Positions 1 through 11,623 are shown, numbered from the stretch's first letter. The stretch is 52,637 nt of DNA from Nemertoderma westbladi (GCA_032718475.1 JAUCBJ010007148.1:1-52637), one strand, 5' to 3'. Made by a program: numbers and translations. The notes: a model not told the origin generated them from the letters alone.

Positions 1-639
1 ATCAAAATATAAAATATGGCCCTAAATTCATAAATTAATTTTATTGATGTCTATTGGCAGAAATAGACTGGCAGACAGACATGTGTCAAACGGAAAAGGC
101 AGGGGGAAGATAATTGGGATTACAATCAGAGATGTGAGGCAAAGGTGGCTTCTACTGCTTGCCTTGCCATTTGCCCATCGCCTTATAAGTTAATAATAAA
201 AGTAAGTAATAATAGTAAAGTGAAATTCTCCTCCAGTTTCGTTATTTATGATACGTTAAGCTGAAACTTGTGAAATCAATACTATAATACAACCTGCGCT
301 GCATCATTGGGGAGAAAATGATCCATATGCAGATTTTTAAGTTTTTTATATGCAGTTTTAAATTTCACAAAATTTAAAACCTTCGATATTTCATATTTTA
401 TAATCATTTTGACGTGATACCTGGCAATCATTATAGTAATAATTAAGGTGCATAATACTAGCTCAGGCACATTTTCCATACAAAAACGTGCATTTATAAT
501 CTCTGTACCTGTAAATTTCAGATTATATCAGGCTCAGCATATTATAGTTAACCCCCTCCCCTCATACCTCCCATACCGTTGTTTACAGCAGTTATTGTAT
601 TATATAATAAATAATATCCACCACAATCCCAATTGAAGT

Positions 640-1575
640 GCGATATCAAGATTTCCTTAGAATATTCCCTGAATTAGAAATACAGAGATATGAAATGGCC
701 CTAAAACCCAAAACAAACATATTAAATGGCCTTCCTAGGAAAATACACTCATGTTAGATTGAGTTCATATTGTACAGATAATATACATTAAATTTATTAA
801 CAGTGGCCCTATCAAAATATATAAAATGACCTTTTAGATTTACAGTAAATATATTGCAGCCAATTGGAAAATATAATTTGGCAATTGGCAATTACGATTC
901 CCCGTACTTAGTTCCAATTTAAGCCTCATGCGAATTTAGTTCCAATGGAAAAGAATTTAGTTCCAATGGAAACGAATTTAGTTCCAATTTTGGCGAATTT
1001 ATTTCCAATTTAGGCGAACTTAGTTCCAATAACTAGAGAAAAAAGTTCGTACCCATTGGAACTAAATTCGCTTCCATTGGAACTAAATTCGCATCCATTG
1101 GAACTAAATTCGCATCCATTGGAACTAAATTCGCTTCCATTGGAACTAAGTTCGTTTTGATATTCTGGGATTGGAACTAAGTTCGCCTCGATTGGAACTA
1201 AGTTCGCTTTGTAAAATTTATTTTGGAACTAAATGCGTTTCAATTGGAACTACATAAGTTCGCCTTTGAAAATGTGCGATTGGAACTAAGTTCGTGCTAA
1301 CCTTATGAGTTACCAGTGGAGCACGGGCCTTTTAGTAGAAGCCACATTCAGCGTCACACCTCTGATTGTAGTTTAGGAATGTAATTTTGTAAATTTAGGG
1401 CCATTTTTTATATTTTTATATTTTGTTAGGGCCACTATTAATAAATTTAATGTAATTTAACTGTACAATATGAACACAATCTAACACGGATGTGTTTTCC
1501 TTGGAAGGCCATTTAATATATTTGTTTTAGGTTTAAGGGCCATTTCATATTTTCAAATCTCTGTATCTTCAAAAT
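640..1575. repeat. Foldback structure: long inverted arms around a palindromic minisatellite
   Basis: ~678-830 is the diverged reverse complement of ~1398-1570. The centre holds ~21-bp GAATTTAGTTCCAAT units (905-1030) facing ATTGGAACTAAATTCGC units (1053-1295). Parts of bases 1-137 also match 1350-1430 inverted. Confidence 0.75.
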
Positions 1576-1769
1576 CAAGGAATGATTTGTATTAGAAACT
1601 AGGGGATTCGCAAAGGGGTGAAAATTTTGTCTTTGTCAGGTTCCACCTCAGTCAAATTGGTTGCGCTCACGCTTATGGGGGGGGGGGGGGGGGGGGGGGG
1701 GGGTTGTGTTGTTACTACCTAAAGTAACCTATTGTATTACGGCAATTCAATTCCTATACTAATGATTGT

Positions 1770-2145
1770 GGCCCTCATTAGACAATGTTCCTAAGGGCCA
1801 TTTAAAAGGAAGTGGCCCATTCATGACAATGTCTCAATTTGAGCCACTTAAATATAAAATAGCCCTCAGTAGTGAGTAGACAATGTTCGTAAGGGCCATT
1901 TAAAAGGAAGTGGCCCATTTAAGACAATGTCTCATTTGAGCCACTTAAATGTAAAATGGCCCTCAGTAAACAATGTTTGTAAGGGCCATTTAAAAGGAAG
2001 TGGCCCATTCAAGACAATGTCTCATTTGAGCCACTTAAATGTAAAATGGCCCTCAGTAAACAATGTTTGTAAGGGCCATTTAAAAGGAAGTGGCCCATTT
2101 AAGACAATGTCTCATTTGAGCCACTTAAATCTAAAATGGCCCTAG
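1770..2145. repeat. ~90-bp tandem repeat, ~4 copies, with a further degenerate copy at ~2466-2580
   Basis: The unit GACAATGTCTCATTTGAGCCACTTAAATG...GGAAGTGGCCCATT recurs with a period of about 90 bp. Confidence 0.9.
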
Positions 2146-2159
2146 ATGGCAATAGATAC

Positions 2160-2439
2160 GAATTGATTTCTACATCTTGTTTCTCGCATTACATGTGTTT
2201 TACGTTGGTTCTGAATTCATTGGAATAAATAAAAACGGCTTTAGACATTTCAAATTGTATTTTTCGGAGGTGTGTGCCAAATTAATAATAAACAAAACTA
2301 ATAACAAAATTTTAATAAAAAAAACTTCCCAAGAAATTGGAATATTTATAATCAGCGCCCCAGAAAACCTAAAAATGTGATTTTAAGCACGCTAATAAGA
2401 GTAAATTTTTTATTATTATTTCCGGTATGAATAGGGTTA
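2160..2439. mobile_element. Right-end fragment related to the piggyBac-type MITE at 7981-9540
   Basis: Ends CCGGTATGAATAGGGTTAA like 9523-9540. The internal AGCGCCCCAGAAAACCTAAAAATGTGA resembles ~9083-9110. Confidence 0.55.
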
Positions 2440-2599
2440 AAGGTGTAAAAAGGGTAAAAAGTTAAAGTGGCCCATTCAAGACAATGTCTCATTGGAGCCA
2501 CTTAAATGGCCCTCAGTAGACACTGTTCCTAAGGGCCATTTAAATTGGTCTGGGTCCTTCAAGACAAATCTCCCATTGGATACACGCAATGAAGGAAAT

Positions 2600-2680
2600 G
2601 TCATATCATAGCATAGCATAGCATAGCATAGTATAATACCATAGCATACATACATAACATAACATAATGCATAACTATAT
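2600..2680. repeat. (CATAG/CATAA)n pentanucleotide microsatellite
   Basis: Seen directly. Confidence 0.85.
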
Positions 2681-3351
2681 AATAATTCAGCTGGTCGAGA
2701 CAATGACAAATATAGAATAGGCCCTATAACAATATTATAGATATAGAATAATAATGAAATTTATAGAGGCACATAAATAATGGCTATAATAATGTAGCAC
2801 ATACTGAATTTGTAAGGCTGAAGTGTTTTCAATACTAACTGCTAATGGATTATATTCCTGTCGCTAGAATATCGTTTCTAGTAGTCGTGAAATGTTAGGA
2901 TACATACCTAACATAACATCTACAGTTAGTTATCATAGCATGCATAGCATACATCTTATATCAGCAAACCAAACATAAACTGTAGCATGCCCTAAGACTA
3001 AGGGTCGGACGATAGCATGCCATAGCATAGTTATATACCATACCATACATACCTTAAATAGCATGCAACATTGTAATCCTAAAGTATATTTCCTTGTTTT
3101 TTAGGTTTCAAACTATGTTTTGTTAAACTGTAGTGGCCGCTAAATGAATCAAGTTTCCATAATTATTCATGTGTATTCATGTTGTATTTGTGCAAATTAT
3201 CAAACCTTCCGTTTGGCACAGCTTAGTGAAGTACAAGAGACGGCGAAGCACATAATAACAAAGAATCGAATATAGTGGCTGCAGATATGGTTTGACAGAT
3301 GGGAGCTAGGTATATTAGGTAGTATTTCAAGGTCTACCTTTTTTTTTTGCC

Positions 3352-3450
3352 TGAGCCGCTAGCGGAATGGTAAGAGCGCCAAACTGGCGGTCACCACTTC
3401 GATCCCATCTGGACGTCATTCTCGACTTTGCTAAGCTGTGCCCAACAAAA
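3352..3450 (+). mobile_element. Possible degenerate tRNA-derived SINE head
   Basis: A-box-like TAGCGGAATGGTAAGAGCG and B-box-like TTCGATCCC; no complete cloverleaf. Confidence 0.3.
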
Positions 3451-3863
3451 GTTATAATAATTATTCATGAATCAATAATTATTGCTGTTCCATTTATTTC
3501 AGGGAAATTCGTTGAGTAGAAACATATGTAATTATCAGATTCTGCATTTTTTTTGCACTTCTGTTTCTCGCTACTTTTCCTTGTTTCGGCGTCTATATTC
3601 TACCTATATTATTTTTTTTTAAAGAAAACTCTATAATTAGAGCCATTGTGTCAATTATTTTCTTCCACCACTGCGTGGAACATCGTGGTATTTATTGCTA
3701 TTTCAAAATATATTTTAGAAGGAAAAAAGTTCTGGAAGGGCCATACCTCACTACTTGTTAATTAGAGCCCCCTAGTGGATCATATTAGTATTTCATTTAC
3801 ATCTAAGCAAGTTTGTTGGGTATGCTCAAAAGTTATATATTCGCACTGGCCCTTATCGGCCAA

Positions 3864-3867
<4 letters not shown>

Positions 3868-3904
<37 letters not shown>
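3868..3904. repeat. (AT)n microsatellite
   Basis: Seen directly. Confidence 0.95.
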
Positions 3905-3908
<4 letters not shown>

Positions 3909-4528
3909 TTGGTGGGAGAAGAAATTTATGAATATTTTTTTTTTAAATCAACAACTAGTTTGAGGGGAAATTAACTAACTAACTTCAGTAGAGCGATTGC
4001 TTGTAACACTCAAGTAGGCATAGTATACTCAGCAGCCGTAGCTAGCTAGCTAGCTAACTAAGCATTGTTGCTCACGAGTGAGCTACAATAGCGCATCTGT
4101 TACTTATGAGTGCGCGTGTGTACAGCAGGCAACGCTAAGCTCAGTGAGAAAAAGATAAGGGGTATGTGTTGGTATTCATAGTCAAAGACGATGCCATCCT
4201 ATCTGTTACTAGTCTGTATACCGGCACATATTATTAAAACATCCGCTATGCATCTCCCTACATTCAGAATAGAACAATGAACAGAGCATATATCGCTAAT
4301 CCGCATGGGAAAGGTTTATGTTTTACATTTTGTTAACTATGTGAATTTTGTAATGTAAACATCTGCGGTCCACTACAAAAATATATATAAACTCAATTTT
4401 CAAACAATGAACTATAATTTTGTTAACCAAAATAAGAAAAAAATAAAAATACCGGTATACTGTATCCACCCTGTCTGTTACCCTTAGACTATATATATAA
4501 ACCTAAACTAACCTGAGACAGCAAGAAG

Positions 4529-4936
4529 ATGACTTTCGCCTATATCAACAACCGTTCGTTGAAAAGCAACATAAAGTTTGATTTCGAGAGTGAGGATACT
4601 TTTGTATCATCATCAAACGTATTTGATTTGGAAATCAGATACATTAATAAAAAATTTGAAATTGGATTTACCAATATCATCAATCACGAACATGGTGTAA
4701 CAAAGTTAGAAACAACAAAAAACTTTACTTTGAATATAAGAATAAATCCAGGATCGGAAGAAGAAGAAGAAGTTACTGGTAATCAAAACGAATTAATACC
4801 AGCAACTCTACAAGAGAATTGGGAAACAGAGACCGCCGCAACTATACCAGAACCGGTAGAGACTATTTGGAAAGAAATTAAACTTGCAATGCCTACCTGT
4901 AATAATAATAGGCCTAATCATCAACATTTTTCATAG
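4529..4936 (+). CDS. Hypothetical protein (135 aa), probably a Polinton accessory gene
   Basis: ATG ORF with TATATATAAA ~30 bp upstream and AATAAA at ~5075; acidic C-terminal half; no family recognised. Confidence 0.5.
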   Translation: MTFAYINNRSLKSNIKFDFESEDTFVSSSNVFDLEIRYINKKFEIGFTNIINHEHGVTKLETTKNFTLNIRINPGSEEEEEVTGNQNELIPATLQENWETETAATIPEPVETIWKEIKLAMPTCNNNRPNHQHFS

Positions 4937-5977
4937 ATGGATACTGGTATCTAACTAGTACACCTGTACACCCGTACACTCATACTCATTTCTGCATTTA
5001 TAAAGTAGGCCTAAATGTTACCGATCTGTGTATGTCTATATTATATGTAATTTAATTTAAAAAGCGGACGCATAAATAAATAAAATAAACTAACTAACTA
5101 TGTTTTATATAGGATTGTTAACATAGAGTGAATGTTAGTAACCAGAGAATGTGGTGGATTTTATATAGTTATACCTCAAACCACACCTATTGTATCAGCT
5201 AGAGTAACAGAGTGCGAGGGGATTTTATAGGGCCTATAGCGCTACCGACGCCTAACCATACCTATTGTATCAATGTGGTAGGTGGCTTTCAGTTGAGGAG
5301 TAGTCATTAGGCCTATATGCCTAACGAATGAAGGTGTGCCTATCCGCGTGTTCTAAAGGTTAACCGTAAAGCATATTGGGTCAACATTCGAAAAAGGGGG
5401 CCGCATAAAGTTAACTATAGTTGTATAGGCTTACCTATGCAACAGTAGTAGCCCGCAGTAATGTAGATTAGACCAATTAAAGTTGTAAACAGAAAATTGG
5501 AAGCATTCAAGTGTAATATCCTAATCCTTAAATCAAAGAAACCAGCATGCCCTTGCTCTATCCAAGTATACAGTTACAAGAGTGCTACAGTGCCGGTACC
5601 AGTAGGCCTATTGTTAGGTGGGCCTCCTCTAATACTGCATTCACGAACCACACATGTCGAGTTAATTACACATGTCGAGTTTATTATTAGTAAGTATTGC
5701 TAAAGCGCGGTGGTTGCTGTCAGTCTAGAGGGGAGCCATTCTGCTATTCTACAGTTTAGCGTTGTCTGTATGTGTAGTAAAATCAGCTAGCTACTGGTAG
5801 TTAAACTCTGATACAACAGCCGGCTACCGGTAAGTGCGGTGTGTTTGTGAGTGTAAACTTAAACCCTACACCTTCAGTCAAACTGAGATATTAAAAAATA
5901 GATTTTAATGTTTTTATTACTTTTATTGACATTAAAACAATTATATTATCCCATCACATTACTTGCTTAGAGTAAAC

Positions 5978-6580
5978 CTACTGTATGAGTACATCTTCCA
6001 CCGCGGTTATTTCTTTCTGTTTATCATCATCAGTCGCAGTTAAACGCTTTCTCGCGAAAAATCGTTTCAATTCAAACCCACCGACCTGTTTTGCTGAGCA
6101 GTACCGCAGACAGTTATCCTTTGTGTTTAAGTGGAAAGTGCATTTTGTTTCTACTGTAGTAAATTGATCGTGGAAGCGACAAGGGGTTAAATAGTTGTAA
6201 TATCGCTGATATATTCCCAATTTCTCCATCGAATTTGGTGCGAGAACATCAAGTTGGGAAACTAATATTGCCTGCTTCATCAACCCAAATACATATATAT
6301 TTTTTTTATATTTTAAATGTCTCTTCATGTATTTTTTAAAGTCATCTTGAGAAATGTCGCCGTAATCCCATGGTAAATGCGAAGTCATGTCCCGTAAATT
6401 GTTTACGTGGGCTACATCTAATGCAGATAACTTAATATTAGGAGGACCTTTAATTAAAAACGTCTTTACATTAGTTTTGGTGTAATTAGAATCGAATATA
6501 GCAAATTCTTTAAATACTACTGGATATGCCTTATTGTCTATCTTATAGTATTGAAAATCAACAAAAATAATATTATCCAT
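5978..6580 (-). CDS. DnaQ/DEDD-fold nuclease-like protein of Polintons
   Basis: N-terminal IFVDFQ...KEFAI, then LPWDYGD, IYVFG..K and a C-terminal CxxH..C cluster; lies directly downstream of adenain. Confidence 0.65.
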   Translation of the reverse strand: MDNIIFVDFQYYKIDNKAYPVVFKEFAIFDSNYTKTNVKTFLIKGPPNIKLSALDVAHVNNLRDMTSHLPWDYGDISQDDFKKYMKRHLKYKKNIYVFGLMKQAILVSQLDVLAPNSMEKLGIYQRYYNYLTPCRFHDQFTTVETKCTFHLNTKDNCLRYCSAKQVGGFELKRFFARKRLTATDDDKQKEITAVEDVLIQ

Positions 6581-6611
6581 TTTATCTGATAAACAAAAGC
6601 TAAATGATTAA

Positions 6612-7064
6612 TTACAACGCTTGTTGGTTTATTTTATAATAATTAACAAGCCATTTATATAATATTATTTCATTTATTTCTACATTATTTGTAAACGCTC
6701 TCATTGGATAGTTTGTGTCAATTCGATTTACCAAGTAATAGAGACAGTATAGGCCGCATGTAGTCCTCCTGGGGTCTTGAAATTGTTTGCGGGTAGTACG
6801 CCATCTTGCGGAATTTTTCTCAAGCCATTTTTCGATGCATCTGTTTGGATATTTTGGTCCAAACGAATCAAATAATTCAGCCTCATTATCTCGTATATAT
6901 ATAGCGATCCAATGAACCACGGGAAGATGCTCTTTATCGGTATTTACTATTAACCCATAATCTCTCCGCTTATTATTATCTAATTTAGGTAATTTATTAG
7001 CTGGAAACGCGCCCAAATAGTGACCACCCACTGGAAACATATCAAGGTCCTCTGTAGATAACAT
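6612..7064 (-). CDS. Adenain-like (C5) cysteine maturation protease
   Basis: YLGAFPANKLP, IVNTD, HW, FDSFG and Q..TTCGLYC give the His-Asp-Gln-Cys catalytic set. Confidence 0.93.
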   Translation of the reverse strand: MLSTEDLDMFPVGGHYLGAFPANKLPKLDNNKRRDYGLIVNTDKEHLPVVHWIAIYIRDNEAELFDSFGPKYPNRCIEKWLEKNSARWRTTRKQFQDPRRTTCGLYCLYYLVNRIDTNYPMRAFTNNVEINEIILYKWLVNYYKINQQAL

Positions 7065-7066
7065 AC

Positions 7067-7106
7067 TTAATCGATATGTATTTCTTTCCTGCTATTTAAA
7101 CTTAAT
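7067..7106 (-). pseudogene. Major capsid protein, extreme C-terminus (fragment 3)
   Basis: Reads LSLNSRKEIHID* and continues fragment 2 in frame once the LINE is removed; the stop lies 2 bp before the adenain ATG. Confidence 0.65.
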
Positions 7107-7769
7107 ATATATATATATTTGTTTATTACGCCGGATGTGGCAACCGTACAGTAAAACATTAAAATTAATAATTTAATTATAAGCACGATAAGTAAAATCC
7201 ATACTGACGTATAAAATATGTAGAGTTAAAGAGTTAAAACGTAAAATAAAAAAAATAGTGTGGATACCACCTCGCCTTGCGATAATCAGCTGGTTATTCT
7301 GAGGTAGCCCACTTAGTAAGTGAGTGCTGGTTGCCCGGGCAACGTAATAAATGGTACAGGGAGGCCTCTTGGCCGCACAGTGTACAGATACAGGATGAGT
7401 TTGCTTGGTGGAATTGCTTGTTCTGACAGATCCGGTGGTGAAAACCATGAACACTGTATCTAGTTGTAACGTGTCGATTCGGGTTGTTGGAGTTGCACCA
7501 GTTTCGGTTGCTAAACCCAATGCAAGACCAAAACGCGGGGGGAATTTCTTGATGCTTGATATCGACTCTATTAGTATATAGAATGAACTCGGGGGTGGCA
7601 GTGAGATGGAGCTGTGAAACGATATCGCAAATGAGGGTGCGTTCGTTGCATAACGCGAGCACTAGCCGGTTCCTTGTGGACTTATGGAGACCTAGAACTT
7701 TCTTAAGATAGGTTGATTTGATTTTATCTATAAATGTATTAATGAAAGTATTTATATCTATAAAAGTAT
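7107..7769 (-). mobile_element. 5'-truncated non-LTR retrotransposon (post-RT region, CCHC finger and 3' UTR)
   Basis: The frame of ORF 7294-7662 extends upstream as DKIKSTYLKKVLGLHKSTRNRLV and ends CxCxxC-x7-H-x3-C. AATAAA plus an (AT)n tail follow, with a TAAT duplication at 7103-7106 and 7770-7773. Confidence 0.7.
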
Positions 7770-7984
7770 TAATGATTGATCATAAATATTAAAAACGATT
7801 ACATTTATGGTCTCAACCAACGGTTCGGCAAATCTTAATTTTAATTGTCCATTAGTATATATCGAGGGTTGAGGATCTCTAACATAGCCGTCGGCGGTTA
7901 GGTCCCAGGATATAAGAGGGCAATTACCTAAGTAGGTTTCATGGTCTATATTATTACCCCCATAACCGTTAATATATGTATTAA
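7770..7984 (-). pseudogene. Major capsid protein (hexon-like) fragment 2
   Basis: Manual translation GGNNIDHETYLGNCPLISWDLTAD...GQLKLRFAEPLVETINVIVFNIYDQSL fits the Polinton MCP C-terminal pattern (FDLTPD...LRF...LTETIN). Confidence 0.85.
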
Positions 7985-9540
7985 CCCTATTAAACCCGGG
8001 GGGGGGTCAATATGACCCCCCCCGTGGTTTTTTTATTATAATTCTGAAACAAACGCAGTTGGGAATCTGAAATTTTATGACTTTTCCTAAAAATCTATTG
8101 TCTTCATGGTAGTGAAAACCGTTTTCAAAAATATTGGGTACTTTTCGAGTTATAGCACCATTTTTTAACCCTACTTTTGGCACTTTTTTTGAGACGTTTT
8201 TTGAAAATTACATTTCATTAAATATGAATTGTAACATCTCTATTTTTGATTTACACCGGTTTTTTGGTGTTAGAAATTGGATGGAATTCATATAAACTGA
8301 TTTAGAAATTTCAAACTTGTTTTTTTCGATGGGTGCCAAATTTTGGTGCCAGCACCAAATTTTGAAATACGTCAATTTTGTAAATTGATTGTTTGAAACT
8401 TGTTTTTTACGCAATTGGGGTTTTTTGAGGTTCTGGATTCGATGAAATATATACGATTTGAACCAAGCGTATCAAACTTATATTTTTCGGTGCTGTGTGC
8501 TAATTTTGGTGCTAGCACGAAATTTTGAAAATCCATTCAATATATAACATTGCTTGTGACAATTTATTTCTTGCGTTTTAGAGGTTTATGGCTGTTCTGA
8601 ATTCAATGGAAAATATAATTATCGAACTAGACATCTCAAACCTGTATTTTTCGGATGTGGGTGCAAAATGTGGTGCTAGCACCAAATTTTGAAAACCATC
8701 AAATATATCAATTGATCGTGTCACCTTGTTTCTTGCGTTATACGGGTTTGTGATGGTTCTGAATTCAATGGAATCAGTAAAAATTTCATAAGAGTTCTCA
8801 AACTTGTATTTTTCGACGGTGGGTAAAAATTGTTGTGCCAGCACCAAATTTTGGAAAATATGCAAATTGATAAATAGATAGTATCACCTTGTTTCTTGCG
8901 TTATACGGGTTTATGAGGGTCCTGAATCCGATGGAATCAATAAAAACAGCACTGGACATCGCAAACTTGTACTTTTTGGTGATGGGTACGAAATTTGGTG
9001 CTAGCACCAAAATTTGCTAAATTACGCCGAAAAATACAAGTAGCAATGATCTGGCATATTAGAAATGTATTCCATTAGAATTAGCGCCCTCGAAAACCTG
9101 AAAATGTGAATTTATAGCATCGTATAAGTGAATTAAAAATTTTGTGTTTTAACTGAAAAGTGCTGGTTACTCGTTTTTTTCATTTTTTTCCTACGCAGAG
9201 AGGACTAAACAGCCATTTATAGTAATCATATCATTTTTAAATATTTTCCAATGTATTTTGCACCCCAAAAAACCTGTATTGAAAAATAATTAGCCGAAAA
9301 TGTAACTTTCAAATTTTGTGAAAATTGTGCACTACTTGTAATTTTGGTGCTGCAATATAACCACCCCAGTAAATTTTTTCGAAAATTTTTTTTTTCGGTC
9401 GGATCCAGACAAGTGATACCTACGTACAAACAAAAAATCAGACGTTTTCGTAAATATTTGTAGATTTTAGAGGGGGGGGGTCAATATGACCCCCTCCCGG
9501 TATTTGTACAACATTTTATAGCCCGGTACTAATAGGGTTA
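7981..9540. mobile_element. Non-autonomous piggyBac-type MITE
   Basis: TTAA TSD at both ends; termini CCCTATTA...TAATAGGG; subterminal GGGGTCAATATGACCCC palindrome at both ends; no transposase; five internal ~163-bp units. Confidence 0.88.
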
Positions 9541-9765
9541 ATGTTCTTCATTAATTGTGTATACTCAAAAATGTATGTTCCATCTGTAAAATTAGGCTCG
9601 TATATTACTCCACCTACTGGAAGACCGTCTACAATCAGTTCCGGTTAAATCTAAGGTTAAAATGTTCAAATTTCAAGGGATTGCTAGTTAATTCTCCCGA
9701 ATAAGCGTTATTAGTTATAAAACCGATAATAACTAATTTGGGTTTTTTACCATCAAATATGTTTT
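9537..9765 (-). pseudogene. Major capsid protein fragment 1 (N-terminal part deleted, one frameshift)
   Basis: NIFDGKKPKLVIIGFITNNAYSGELTSNPLKFEHFNL/ELIVDGLPVGGVIYEPNF fits the MCP motif NLF.G..P..IIIGF..N.AF.G....NPF.F.HFNL. Confidence 0.85.
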
Positions 9766-10509
9766 TTTTACAGGGATATAATGAATTGTATCCTTGGCAA
9801 ATTCTTTATTTATTACGCTACCATATTTCACGTCATCAGGTATCGCAACACGACGAAGTAAAGCTAAACCAAAGTCATTTATATATTGATTTTCAATTAT
9901 ATTAGTAGTCACGTACATGTTCGACTTAGGTTCTGGAATAGAATTGGGTGGTTGAGGGCATAAAAATACCATCTGGTAAGCTTTTTCTCCATTTCCGATA
10001 ACCTTTATTAAATAACCCTTTATATTATTATTTTTCGTCTTCAAAATAATTTTAAAATTTGGATTTAAATTCGCGCCGAGATTATTTTCAGTAATTCCAA
10101 AATAATAGGCTAATTGTTGACCTATAAATAACTCTCGCACCGCTTTCCCTAAAATAAATTGCAACCTATTTTGCTGAGTATTTTCAACTATTTGTAATTT
10201 ATCTTTCAACGCCCCCGTGTTAAAATAATCTATAATGTCATTGATACTGTAGAACAAACCGGATGGAAGTGTATCCTCAAAATTTTTTTTCCCTTTTTTT
10301 AATAAAATAACATTCTCTACATTGTTATACATTGACGGTAACGTTGCTAAGTAAAACATACTTTTTATACCTACCACCCAGTTTTCGTTTGGGTTTATAG
10401 GTAAGGCGCCATGGAAATTGATCTGATAACTACTAGCAGAATTACGCGGAAAATCAACTGGACAGGAGTTACTCGGTAGTCTTACGTAGAATTCATCCAT
10501 CACTGCCAC
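9733..10509 (-). CDS. Minor capsid protein (penton), copy 2, C-terminally truncated
   Basis: FYVRLPSNS..FP.N..S.Y, WVVG, MYVTTNIIE, LLRRV, HYIPV; the final beta-strands are missing. Confidence 0.85.
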   Translation of the reverse strand: MAVMDEFYVRLPSNSCPVDFPRNSASSYQINFHGALPINPNENWVVGIKSMFYLATLPSMYNNVENVILLKKGKKNFEDTLPSGLFYSINDIIDYFNTGALKDKLQIVENTQQNRLQFILGKAVRELFIGQQLAYYFGITENNLGANLNPNFKIILKTKNNNIKGYLIKVIGNGEKAYQMVFLCPQPPNSIPEPKSNMYVTTNIIENQYINDFGLALLRRVAIPDDVKYGSVINKEFAKDTIHYIPVKKTYLMVKNPN

Positions 10510-11365
10510 CCCGTATTAACTTAAGTGTTATAACAGTGCAACCTCTGCTAAAATTAATTAATTCGCCTTGTCCGTCACGTAAAGTAATTAAGATTGTTTT
10601 TAGTTTTTTATTCAACAATGGGTAATAGCAAATGCTCTCGTATTCGTGATTAATATATTTTCGATTTAATTGCGTTAAAGGGCAGGTTCTTAAGAGCGGA
10701 GCTAAAGCGTCACCAACAAATGAGCTCTTAATAATATCAGTATATATGAAAATTGTATCTTTATTACGTGTTATATTCGTGGGAGCTGGAAAATCTAAAA
10801 TGCCAATTTCTGAAATTTTTGGTCCGCTATAATTTAAAATTAATATCGGCTGTTCTATATTGCTTAATTCATCTACTGTAGTGGTACTGTATATATCCCA
10901 ATTCGGAATACCTGGATGATTCTGATCCAATAACGGTTTTAAGCCTAGAATTTGTATTAAATCACCACGTAGACTTAATTGTATTTTTTTCAACTTTTTA
11001 TGAAATTTAAATTTAATTCTAGAATTATTTGTATTAAAAATGAATTCGAAATCTCTATATTTCGCTTCAGAATTAAACAGTTTATTTATATCATCAATAA
11101 TCACTTGAATAGAGCTATGCATACCAGGAAATAAACTATATAATTTGGCATCTTTTGCATCTACGCCGATTGACAGCGAGATTTGAGTTTGCAGTGTAAT
11201 ATTACTGTATGTTGCTTGGTATTGAAGCTCAGCCAAACCAATTTTAGCGTTTGGACCAATATATAATTCTTCGGCTAAATCAACAGTAAACTCACTAGGA
11301 TTATTATTGGGGTAAGTGTTTAATGAGCTATCTGAAAGTAGAGTGATATATGTATCTGTGGCCAT
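10493..11365 (-). CDS. Minor capsid protein (penton), copy 1
   Basis: YITLLSDSSLNTYPNN.PSEF, IGLAELQY, FIYTDII..SFVGD..APLLR, YYPL, ITLRDGQGELINF. Confidence 0.92.
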   Translation of the reverse strand: MATDTYITLLSDSSLNTYPNNNPSEFTVDLAEELYIGPNAKIGLAELQYQATYSNITLQTQISLSIGVDAKDAKLYSLFPGMHSSIQVIIDDINKLFNSEAKYRDFEFIFNTNNSRIKFKFHKKLKKIQLSLRGDLIQILGLKPLLDQNHPGIPNWDIYSTTTVDELSNIEQPILILNYSGPKISEIGILDFPAPTNITRNKDTIFIYTDIIKSSFVGDALAPLLRTCPLTQLNRKYINHEYESICYYPLLNKKLKTILITLRDGQGELINFSRGCTVITLKLIRGGSDG

Positions 11366-11623
11366 TATTATTATTATTTAAGCTCTCTCTCTCTCTCTCT
11401 CTACTTGACTCCATTGTACATACAGTACAGTATAATGTTAAATTATAGACATCTGTGACCACGTTCATTGTCGCTTCTACAATATATGTGAGGGATCAAT
11501 ATTTTACTGGCTTTATTTAAAGCGAATGAACTATAGTATAGTAATATCATTCGAGTTAATATTGATTGATTAATTACGGTCATATGCGACAAAAATGAAT
11601 TAATATACAGTATAAACCTAAAC

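Noticed and set aside
1927-2145. Repeat protein ORF
   Set aside because: Artefact of a 90-bp tandem repeat; the short ORFs within the MITEs at 8.2-9.4 kb and 25.3-27.6 kb are similar artefacts.
3352-3420. tRNA gene
   Set aside because: A- and B-box-like motifs are present but no anticodon arm or acceptor stem could be folded.
7294-7662. Polinton zinc-finger gene
   Set aside because: There is no ATG start, the frame extends into LINE-like sequence, and it interrupts the MCP with a tail and TSD.
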